Positions 19,298 to 27,202 of a stretch of DNA of 40,576 nt are shown here, in pieces. The position numbers and the translations under genes are program-made. The notes under the pieces are model-generated. The model made no database searches. It was not told the origin of the DNA and saw only the letters and a list, made by a program, of their open reading frames with translations. This DNA is from Proteobacteria bacterium UBA2770. GTDB taxonomy: Bacteria; Pseudomonadota; Gammaproteobacteria; UBA2770. The DNA is taken from positions 1-40,576 of the forward strand of contig DEIQ01000004.1 of assembly GCA_002352565.1 (NCBI GenBank), given 5' to 3'. The first letter of the stretch is position 1. Each line of letters starts with the position of its first letter.

Positions 19298-20343
19298 CGC
19301 AGGAATTCAAACAGACTAGCCTGTTACTCGTAGGACCCAGTTGGGTCGGTGATATGGTCATGGCTCAAGGCTATATGAAAGCATGCAGGATACGCCAGCC
19401 AAAAATGGCTATCGATGTACTCGGACCAGAATGGGCCATACCTCTGGTCCAGCGTATGCCGGAAGTCCGCAACGGGGTGCCTCTACCGATAGGACACGGT
19501 GAGCTTGGCCTGAAAAAACGCTGGCAACTCGCTCAAGAACTGCGCGATCAGCAATATGATGAAGCGGTTATTCTCCCCCGATCCGCCAAATCAGCACTGA
19601 TACCATGGATGGCGGGAATTCCAAAACGCGTCGGCATGAAAGGTGAGTGGCGTTATGGATTCATCAACGATATACGCCACGTGGACCGGCAAGCCATAAA
19701 CAGTACGTTTGATCAATTTCTGGCATTACAGAATCCAGTTGAAACCGCCGACATGCATCGATCAAACCTTTATCATCCTCGACTCATGGTCGATGAATTG
19801 AATCGCAGGCGGACATTGACGCGCCTGCGCCTGACGGTTGACCAACCAGTTGTCATTCTTGCACCCGGCGCTGAATACGGTTCGGCCAAACGCTGGCCTG
19901 CATCCTACTTCGGTGAACTAGCGAAACTTCTCCATCAAGAAGGTTATGTTGTATGGGTGATCGGCTCGCCCAAGGAACGTACCCTTGGTGGACAAGTGTG
20001 CATTTTTTCCGATGGCACAGCAATCAATCTTTGCGGCGCCACCAGCTTGCAGGATTGTATCGATCTGATTTCTCTGGCTTGTGTCGTGGTCACCAACGAC
20101 AGTGGGCTTATGCATATTGCAGCGGCAGTAGACCGTTCCATTGTTGCTATTTTTGGCTCTTCAAGCGAATTCAAGACGCCGCCTTTAAGCAATAAAGCCG
20201 CAATTTTGTCCAAAAATATGTCATGCCGTCCATGCCATGCGCGGCGTTGTCCTCTTGGGCATCATCAATGTATGCGTGCTATAAAAGCAGGAGATGTACT
20301 GGAAGCATGCCGACCCTTCTTACCCGGATCAGAAATTCCCTGA
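19294..20343 (+). CDS. waaF: ADP-heptose:LPS heptosyltransferase II
   Basis: The start overlaps the hldD stop in an ATGA arrangement. GT9 motifs are LVGPSWVGDMVMAQ, LAPGAEYGSAKRWP and VVTNDSGLMHIAAA. Confidence 0.88.
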   Translation: MTQEFKQTSLLLVGPSWVGDMVMAQGYMKACRIRQPKMAIDVLGPEWAIPLVQRMPEVRNGVPLPIGHGELGLKKRWQLAQELRDQQYDEAVILPRSAKSALIPWMAGIPKRVGMKGEWRYGFINDIRHVDRQAINSTFDQFLALQNPVETADMHRSNLYHPRLMVDELNRRRTLTRLRLTVDQPVVILAPGAEYGSAKRWPASYFGELAKLLHQEGYVVWVIGSPKERTLGGQVCIFSDGTAINLCGATSLQDCIDLISLACVVVTNDSGLMHIAAAVDRSIVAIFGSSSEFKTPPLSNKAAILSKNMSCRPCHARRCPLGHHQCMRAIKAGDVLEACRPFLPGSEIP

Positions 20344-20385
20344 CCTGAACGCGCTCTGAGATGCGAATTCACGCAACCCACACGA

Positions 20386-21630
20386 TTAAAGTTTCATGCA
20401 GTTGGCGTAATAAGTGACCGTAGCCGGCCAATCGGAAAATATGCCGATGACACCAACATCTTGGGCAAGCACGTCGAGCACATTCATCATATCGCCATCG
20501 TTATTTATAGCATCGCTGACCGTCTGATAATACCAGCCACCCCCGCTGGCAAGCGGACCAGCACGTTCAAAACTCCACGCAATGATATCAAGTCCAGCTG
20601 CTTTAGCGGCCTGTGCGTAACGCGAAGGTATGATATGTTTATGGCTATCTAAAGCAAGCAGCATCCAGATCGGTGGCGCGATAATTCTAAGCCCTTGCGC
20701 TCGCAGTTCCGCCATGGTGGGAGACAGGCGTTCGGGATGCGATAAATCAAAATCGGGATTGTTTTCATACCGATCATCCAGATACACTGCCTGCCTTGCA
20801 AAGGCCGGTTCATTTCGAATCCAGTAAATGAGGTCATCCAGGTTGAATGATTGGGGCCATACCTTATCGGGGGATACCCCCGCCAGCCTATATTCATTGA
20901 TCAACTGCTGCGCATAATTCTCTTGGCTATAATCGCCTTGAAAAGGCATTTCGACACTGGGCGTTTTTAATTCAGGGGTGAAGTCCACGCCAAGCCGCCT
21001 GAATAAGCTGATGCTCTCCTTGTGTGAAACAACAGTGCCACAGGCTGCATAAAGGTCGGTGCGCCAGACAGGAGTAGCGCTCATATACTCTTCTACGGAA
21101 GTGGCATCAGGATTGCCTGCATCCATTTTCCCGCACAGGGACTTGAATTCCGCCAGCGTAATATCGCTGGTACAACACTTTGCCTGCGCCTTGATATCGG
21201 TACCAGGTACAGCAGGGCTGAAGGGGACACTGCATTTGGCTGCCAGATCAGGAAGCGCCAGTATATTGGTTGTGGTATGCAAATCACATTGGGAATGACG
21301 GCAAACAAGCTCCCGATCTTCCGTGAACGCCACATCGCATTCCACAATCCCCGCTCCCATGCGAGCGGCCGCTTCATAGGATTCTTTGGTATGCTCAGGA
21401 AACTGCATAGGCGCACCGCGATGCCCGATGGAGAATGAGGTTCGATAAAATGGACCCGCGCTGCATTGCTTGAGTTTATCCTTGAGCCGATTTTCATCCA
21501 TGTCCTCGACGAGATAAAAAGGGCGGGGACCCAATTGAGCTGTTATCTGATGATCACGGTGCAACATGCTGGCAAAAATACTGCCACAATCGGTTAAAAA
21601 CAAAAATAATGCCAGAAAAATAACGCGCAT
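20386..21630 (-). CDS. Secreted glycerophosphodiester phosphodiesterase (GDPD) family protein
   Basis: The catalytic motif is [17 protein letters not shown]...VECDV. The ATG at 21630 gives the signal peptide [20 protein letters not shown]. The track start at 21732 adds 34 unlikely residues. Confidence 0.8.
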   Translation of the reverse strand: MRVIFLALFLFLTDCGSIFASMLHRDHQITAQLGPRPFYLVEDMDENRLKDKLKQCSAGPFYRTSFSIGHRGAPMQFPEHTKESYEAAARMGAGIVECDVAFTEDRELVCRHSQCDLHTTTNILALPDLAAKCSVPFSPAVPGTDIKAQAKCCTSDITLAEFKSLCGKMDAGNPDATSVEEYMSATPVWRTDLYAACGTVVSHKESISLFRRLGVDFTPELKTPSVEMPFQGDYSQENYAQQLINEYRLAGVSPDKVWPQSFNLDDLIYWIRNEPAFARQAVYLDDRYENNPDFDLSHPERLSPTMAELRAQGLRIIAPPIWMLLALDSHKHIIPSRYAQAAKAAGLDIIAWSFERAGPLASGGGWYYQTVSDAINNDGDMMNVLDVLAQDVGVIGIFSDWPATVTYYANCMKL

Positions 21631-21835
21631 GTCCGCCCCCCAGGAAAGCCCACTTGATTTTTTAAAAACCGCCCGGTATTTAAGATATTGTAATAGGGCT
21701 TTATGACATTTGATTGACCACCTTCGGATCAAGGCAGCAGACTTGACGGCTCCTCTGCCTGAAGGACGAGAATGCCCAATGCAACCAGAATTACTTTCCG
21801 ACTAACGACACACGATAGACATACTATCTGAAGGC

Positions 21836-21940
21836 TATTAACCCGGCCCTAAAATGGAGAGGTTGTTTTTAACAAAATATGCTTAATAAAGCACTTTTAT
21901 GCACAACCAACACAACCTATCAAGAGACCTGGTTAATAAT
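21836..21940 (+). repeat. Family-2 MITE-like repeat, copy 2 (more diverged)
   Basis: The sequence runs ATTAACCCGGCCCTAAAATGGAGAGG...GAGACCTGGTTAATAAT. It abuts the 5' edge of the IS1595-like remnant. Confidence 0.8.
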
Positions 21941-21944
21941 ATGG

Positions 21945-22420
21945 CTTACCCTGCCACTTTGATGTTTATCGCTGCGTTGGTATCCCGGTCGTGTCAGGCA
22001 TCGCGCTCGGGATACTGCCAGATCCAAACTGTAGCGGTGATAACCAGCCCGTACGCCAAGATCATTCCAGACGCTACCTCGGTCATGCTGATGCCGATTA
22101 TCAAGCGTAAGGTTGTGGCCCAGCATCGTTTATTCGGATTGCTGGAAGGGCTATAATCTGCTGGCTGTGTCCGACTTCCACCACTTCCGGATCAACCACC
22201 CCAGACTAAGCGCAGACCGTCACAACTCCGTCAACGGAATCGAAAATTTCTGGAACCAGGCGAAGCGCCACATGCGCAAATTCAATGGTGTTCCGAAGGA
22301 GCATTGCGGGCTATTTTTGAAGAATGTGCATGGAGATTTAACAACAGTGACCCGGCATCGCAGTTATCGCCATTAAGACGATGGGTGAGGAAGCATCTGA
22401 ACTGGTTATCCAGGACAGCC
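21945..22420 (+). mobile_element. 5'-truncated, frameshifted remnant of an IS1595-family (ISXO2-like) transposase gene
   Basis: The translation is spread over three frames: AKIIPDATSVMLMPIIKRKVV, then SIVYSDCWKGYNLLAVSDFHHFRINH...NGIENFWNQAKRHMRKFNGVPKEH, then ECAWRFNNSDPASQL. This matches the conserved C-terminal half of these transposases. No N-terminal HTH region and no recognisable IS ends are present. Confidence 0.7.
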
Positions 22421-22475
22421 CCTAAATTTCAACTACTGGTTTTGATGTGCCAGTGTTGCATCAAGGAGGTTAAAA

Positions 22476-23001
22476 ATGGCGGAAATCAAGGGAAGAATTA
22501 TTATTTTATGTGGCAGGCTGATGTCTTTGTACAAAAATGAACTCAAGCAAGCTGATGATTACCTTTATAAAAGAATTGGCATTCATTACAAAGAGTTGGA
22601 GCCGAATGGTTGGTACGGTACAAAAATACTCTGTACGTTTATGGATAAATATTCGGAGGCATCTATCACAAAAGAGCAAGCGCTGGTTACCTTGGGGAGG
22701 ATGATTTTTCCTTTGATATAAAGATGACGTTGGATTCCCTGACAATGTACTGACCCCACATGATCTGATTGAATATGAAATGGCAGCTTTTTTGAACCAT
22801 CACAGGGGTGGTGATGTAGTACCCAGTAAACTTGTTAAAAGCGAAGATCGTCGTGTTATAATCCAGGCGTCTGCGCCAGGGTATTCTCAGAAATTAGTTG
22901 AAGGCGTTTACTTGGGGATACTTGAAATGTGTGGTATAGAAAATGGAAAAGTCGTTATGACAAAAGGCGCACCTTATTTCGAATACGATATTACATGGTA
23001 A
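22476..23001 (+). pseudogene. DUF2378/TIGR02265-like protein split by a single frameshift near 22710-22720
   Basis: An AAGGAGG SD precedes the ATG at 22476. ORF 22476..22721 ends at ...GRMIFPLI*. The +1 frame is open from 22717 (YKDDVGFPDNVLTPHDLIEYEMAAFL...) and runs to ...GAPYFEYDITW*. The fused length of about 175 aa and the terminal F-x-Y-x-I-x-W fit the family. The family call is tentative. Confidence 0.5.
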
Positions 23002-23066
23002 TATCGCCTGGAAAGGCCAATCGACATACCAAATAACTGCACCACATGCTATTCAATACATAGCGC

Positions 23067-23114
23067 AAACCGAACGTCTGAGTCAGCGATTGCGCTTGTT
23101 CGGACGTTCGGTTT
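23067..23114. terminator. Long hairpin between convergent genes (AAACCGAACGTC ... GACGTTCGGTTT)
   Basis: The 12-bp perfect arms at 23067-23078 and 23103-23114 enclose a second small inverted repeat (GCGCAA/TTGCGC overlapping the left arm). TATATA follows on the plus strand. The hairpin lies between the pseudogene end (23001) and the dsbG end (23285). Confidence 0.35.
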
Positions 23115-23284
23115 ATATACGATCTTTTAAGCATGCTTATATGAAACACGCCATCGATTCATACCAGAGTCATTGATAGCGTGATCACCAGAACAGGCTG
23201 ATCCCCGCTTCCCCTGGAGATGAAAGCCTGGTGGAAAACTTTTTACGCGCTGATCACTTTATCAATACCCAATAAATGGGTTGG

Positions 23285-24082
23285 TTACCAGTAAGGCTTC
23301 AGCTTTTCATCCTGCAATGGCTGTTTAGCCAAACCAAACATTTCCGCCAGAGTCGATAATTTGGGCAAACCGACAAAATGTTCGACAGTTTGGTCGCCTT
23401 TTTTATAAAAAACCGCCGGCGTAGCCTGCAAACCGAGTTCTTCCATCAACTTCATGTTTGCCTCCAAGTCCTTGAGCGTTTTGCTGTCGGGTTCAGATAA
23501 GGGCTCAATGCCGCCTTCTTTTAAATGCTTTTCATGATGTGTGAGCGCCTCCGATGGAGAGGAATGTTCCAGAATAGCAGCTGCCTTGCCGATACTGTCT
23601 TTTCTTAGGATACCTACCAGAATATGGCGTACCTGCAATCCATCCTCATGGTAAGCTTGAGTCGCCCGCCACAGCAGGTTGCAATAAGGGCAGTTGGGAT
23701 CAGTAAAGGCATAAACGATTTTTTTTGGTTGTTCTGCCCCTTCCGCAACCCAGGTCGCTTTGGAGAGATTTTCCCATATGAGAGCGTAATCCGGTTCGGG
23801 CAAATATTTCTCCAGTTGCGCTTCTGTGATATCGCGGCCCTTTTGATCAATCATGGTGCCGATCAGAGCCCTGTCTCCACCCGCCAGCACATAAATCATC
23901 AGACCTTGCCCTCTGTGACGGGCAGTATAGGCCGTTAACCCCTTCTGTATTTTTATAGGATCATCATAAATTTCAATCCCTTTTTCTTCCAGGGACTCAA
24001 GAACTTTAGGCAGAGCAGCCCACGACGTTCCCGATAGAAGCCATAAAAAAAGTACCACCAATCTGGGTTGCAAATACTTCAT
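23285..24082 (-). CDS. dsbG: Periplasmic thiol:disulfide interchange protein, DsbC/DsbG family
   Basis: The signal peptide is MKYLQPRLVVLFLWLLSGTSWA. An N-terminal dimerisation-type domain is followed by the thioredoxin motif FTDPNCPYC. Confidence 0.85.
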   Translation of the reverse strand: MKYLQPRLVVLFLWLLSGTSWAALPKVLESLEEKGIEIYDDPIKIQKGLTAYTARHRGQGLMIYVLAGGDRALIGTMIDQKGRDITEAQLEKYLPEPDYALIWENLSKATWVAEGAEQPKKIVYAFTDPNCPYCNLLWRATQAYHEDGLQVRHILVGILRKDSIGKAAAILEHSSPSEALTHHEKHLKEGGIEPLSEPDSKTLKDLEANMKLMEELGLQATPAVFYKKGDQTVEHFVGLPKLSTLAEMFGLAKQPLQDEKLKPYW

Positions 24083-24254
24083 AGATCAAACCTTAAATAA
24101 TCGTTCACTTCAAAACCATTAAACAGGAACTCCCGAACCCGACCGGGTAGTGAACTTGCCACTTTCCTGGCGTAGAGCTTGAAAATCTTTCTCGAAAACT
24201 CGGCCACTGTTCCTGAACTGTCAGCCTCAATGTTCGGAGATGCAAAGTCTCTAA

Positions 24255-24412
24255 GGAGCCTCTGATTAACTCTGGACGAAGCTCAGGGGTTCATTATATT
24301 CAGAATTCGAGGCGCTTATCAACCGAAACAGCAAGCTATTGCGAAGATTCACAACAAAGAAACCGGGCATAAGGAACGCAAGAACCGAGTTCATGAATAG
24401 ATCAGAGGTTCC
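24255..24412 (+). repeat. Family-1 MITE-like repeat, copy e
   Basis: The sequence runs GGAGCCTCTGATTAACTCTGGACGAAGCTC...CATGAATAGATCAGAGGTTCC. Confidence 0.85.
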
Positions 24413-24463
24413 CCAAGATCCGTTCTGGATTCTAGCATATTTTCGACATGGCGACTTCTTTAA

Positions 24464-24600
24464 GGAACCTCTGATCAAGTCTGGGCGAAGGTGATTGTGG
24501 TTCATTATGTTTAGATTCAAGACGACAATCGCGCGTAATAGCAGGGTTATTGCGATGATTTACAACTAAAGAAGCTGGGCCGGCAGGGCCGAGAGGTTCC
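24464..24600 (+). repeat. Family-1 MITE-like repeat, copy f (internally shortened)
   Basis: The left 110 nt are near-identical to copy d. The right end is shortened to GGGCCGAGAGGTTCC. It is separated from copy e by 51 nt. Confidence 0.85.
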
Positions 24601-24706
24601 TTATTAACCCGGCCCTCAAACGGAGCGGTTGTTTTTAACAAAATATGCTTACATAAAGCACTTTCATGCACAACCAATACAACCTATCAAGAGGCCGGGT
24701 TAATAA
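24601..24706 (+). repeat. Family-2 MITE-like repeat, copy 3
   Basis: The 14-bp termini TTATTAACCCGGCC and GGCCGGGTTAATAA are exact reverse complements. The copy starts at the base after family-1 copy f and ends 2 nt from the sqr stop codon. Confidence 0.88.
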
Positions 24707-24708
24707 CT

Positions 24709-25992
24709 TTAACCGGATTTATCGGCCAGTCTGACAATGCCGAGCATTTTCATGACATAATGTTCGTATACCGGATCGGTATTCCCGGTGCGGATTTTAC
24801 GCATGAAGTATTTTTCAAACCCGATTTTAGCGATATGTGCCCACTTTCCCTTACGAGCCCAGGTTACATTTCTGGGGGGGATTTGCGGCAGAGCGGCGAA
24901 GGCGATAGCCGTGTTCCCAAGATCGGCCAGACATACGGCATTCCACGTTCCCGTTTCATCCGGTGATTTCCCGGACAATTCCAGGGCGATATTGTGGGTA
25001 ATAGCGCCGACCATGGATTCTATCATATAGCCCGTTTTGGGAGTTCCTGTAGGGACAGGTGTGACCTCAACCGGCGGTATGGCGACACATACACCGGCGG
25101 AATAAATATTAGTGAAGGTCGTATTGCGCTGATACTGATCAATCGTTACAAATCCTTTTGGATTCACCAGACCTTCAATATTCATTAGAGGATCAATGCC
25201 GCGGAAACTCGGCAAAATCATACTATAGGAAAAAGGCAGCTGATGCTGCTTGATGATGGCGCCACTGGAGTCATGTTCATGGACATGCATTACGCCTTGT
25301 TCCACATGATCAATGCTGGCATTGCAGATCCATCGGATGTGGCGCATACGCATTTCGGCTTCCAGAATGCCTTTGGTGTCACCCACGCCTCCCAATCCGA
25401 GATGACCGACATAGGGCTCCGACGTAACATAAGTCATAGGAACCTTGTGACGCAATTTGCGTTTGCACAAATCACGATCTACGATCATGACGTATTCAAT
25501 GGCTGGGCCAAAACAACTTGCGCCCTGCGCCGCACCGATAACCACCGGCCCTGGATTTTGCAGCAATTTCTGATATTCATCATAAGCCTGGCTGGCGTGA
25601 TCTACCGTACATACCGACTGCGTATACCCTTGCATGGGCCCCAACCCCGGGATAGCATCGAAAGCCAAAGACGGACCGGTGGCAATGATAAGAAAGTCGT
25701 ACTCAAGCGAAGTGCCATCGGCCAGCTTTAACCCATTACCTACGGGATCAATCTCCACCAACGGGCTGGACATAAAGTCAATATCACGGCGACTCAATGG
25801 TTTCCTCAATGGAACAATAATTTGCTCATTACTGCGCCAGCCTACACCCACCCATGGGTTCGATGGCGTAAATTCAAAATGCTCGCGATTATTAACGACC
25901 GTAATACGATGATTTTTCCCAATTTTACTGCGCAGTTCATACGCAGCCGGAACTCCGGCTACGCCGGCTCCGATAATGACAATATGAGCCAT
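24709..25992 (-). CDS. sqr: Sulfide:quinone oxidoreductase (FAD-dependent, SQR type)
   Basis: A GGAGA SD lies 9 nt before the ATG at 25992. The FAD-binding sequence is MAHIVIIGAGVAGVPAAYEL. Three Cys occupy SQR-typical contexts (SVCTVDH, ASCFGPAIEY, AVCLADLG). Overall length and layout match SQR. Confidence 0.8.
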   Translation of the reverse strand: MAHIVIIGAGVAGVPAAYELRSKIGKNHRITVVNNREHFEFTPSNPWVGVGWRSNEQIIVPLRKPLSRRDIDFMSSPLVEIDPVGNGLKLADGTSLEYDFLIIATGPSLAFDAIPGLGPMQGYTQSVCTVDHASQAYDEYQKLLQNPGPVVIGAAQGASCFGPAIEYVMIVDRDLCKRKLRHKVPMTYVTSEPYVGHLGLGGVGDTKGILEAEMRMRHIRWICNASIDHVEQGVMHVHEHDSSGAIIKQHQLPFSYSMILPSFRGIDPLMNIEGLVNPKGFVTIDQYQRNTTFTNIYSAGVCVAIPPVEVTPVPTGTPKTGYMIESMVGAITHNIALELSGKSPDETGTWNAVCLADLGNTAIAFAALPQIPPRNVTWARKGKWAHIAKIGFEKYFMRKIRTGNTDPVYEHYVMKMLGIVRLADKSG

Positions 25993-26154
25993 ATCCACTT
26001 CTCCAGAATACTCATGTTAAAATAAAAAGGAATATACTTATAATCATTATACAGGTTTTGTATTATTTTGCCATGATTTTCCAAAAAAGAAAGCCGTTCA
26101 AAGTCCAATTTCAGATGATAATGCCCGTTAATAAATCATTAAAATAGCGAATAC

Positions 26155-27033
26155 TTATGATTCGCCCTGGGGGTCGGTCAAACAGGTATCACAGTGACGA
26201 CTCACATTCAGAGCAATCAGTTCGGCCATCGCTATAGCAGCTCTCTCAAGCCCTTTGACTGCAGGACTGATGTCACACTCACCCACTCCCTGACACAGCG
26301 TATCAAAATCACGCACATTGTCTTCTATTGGCGAGGGAAGATCGGTCTCACTCTCGACCGGAATCGGACCACCGTAGTTATACATCTGACTGTAAATCGG
26401 TTTTTTGGTCTCGGTATCCACGAGGCTCACAAAAACCTGAAGTGTTGGGGTAAACGGTCCATTGGGCAATAACGAAGTATAACCAGCGAATTCAATATAA
26501 ACATGAAAATAGGCTCCAATCGGTTTTTTATGCTCAGGATACCGGCCCAGGTATGCGTAATTACGTATAGCGCTGGCATGCCGATGGCGTTCGACCGGAA
26601 GCATTTCCACGTCATAACCGCTTTTTTCCAATTCATAAACGAGATTGCGCGTGATGGAACGAGACAGATTAAAATCCCATTCTTCCAGCACAGCAGATAA
26701 TTCATAATTTTTATTGACCCGATCTCCGGCTATAACAGCCGCCTGGAAACCAAAACCTACCATGCGCCCGACCATTGTCACACCAGGATTGGGCAGTTGG
26801 TACTCGATGACCCGCACATCGAATATTTCCGGCTCATCAATGGTCAACATGCCAAGACGTTGATGCTTGATGATCGGGGCAACGGCAATGTCCTTTCCCT
26901 GAGGCGGCGGAGGCAACTGATATTCAGGCATGATGCCGCATGCATTCAGCATAAGAACACATAAGCCGATAAATCCAAGCCGAAAAACCAATCGATCCAA
27001 GCCCGGCTTCTTAATAATCATTTGATTGTTCAT
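26155..27033 (-). CDS. Hypothetical lipoprotein (no family recognised)
   Basis: The ATG at 27033 has a GGAAGG SD 7 nt upstream. It gives MNNQMIIKKPGLDRLVFRLGFIGLCVLMLNAC, a lipobox-like signal. The C-terminus carries LCQGVGECD and RHCDTC. The track ORF extends to 27147. Confidence 0.6.
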   Translation of the reverse strand: MNNQMIIKKPGLDRLVFRLGFIGLCVLMLNACGIMPEYQLPPPPQGKDIAVAPIIKHQRLGMLTIDEPEIFDVRVIEYQLPNPGVTMVGRMVGFGFQAAVIAGDRVNKNYELSAVLEEWDFNLSRSITRNLVYELEKSGYDVEMLPVERHRHASAIRNYAYLGRYPEHKKPIGAYFHVYIEFAGYTSLLPNGPFTPTLQVFVSLVDTETKKPIYSQMYNYGGPIPVESETDLPSPIEDNVRDFDTLCQGVGECDISPAVKGLERAAIAMAELIALNVSRHCDTCLTDPQGES

Positions 27034-27202
27034 TACCATTCCTTCCGTGATCCCAAAAGCGCTTCCATAATGAAACAAGCCGCCCTTGTTTCGTCTAGCT
27101 GTATCGCTGTATCGGAAATATTCATCCCGCCGCTCATCTGTTCCCATACAAAACCGACCTATGCGTTATTTTATCCCAGACTTACTCTATATACTTCAGG
27201 TT

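Noticed and set aside
26046-26090. A sigma-54 type promoter upstream of sqr (TTGGAAAATCATGGCAAA on the minus strand)
   Set aside because: The GG-to-GC spacing is 9 nt instead of the required 10, and the -12 element is poor. A sigma-70 -10 (TATAAT, plus-strand coordinates 26046-26051) is the more plausible signal, but it is also unverified.
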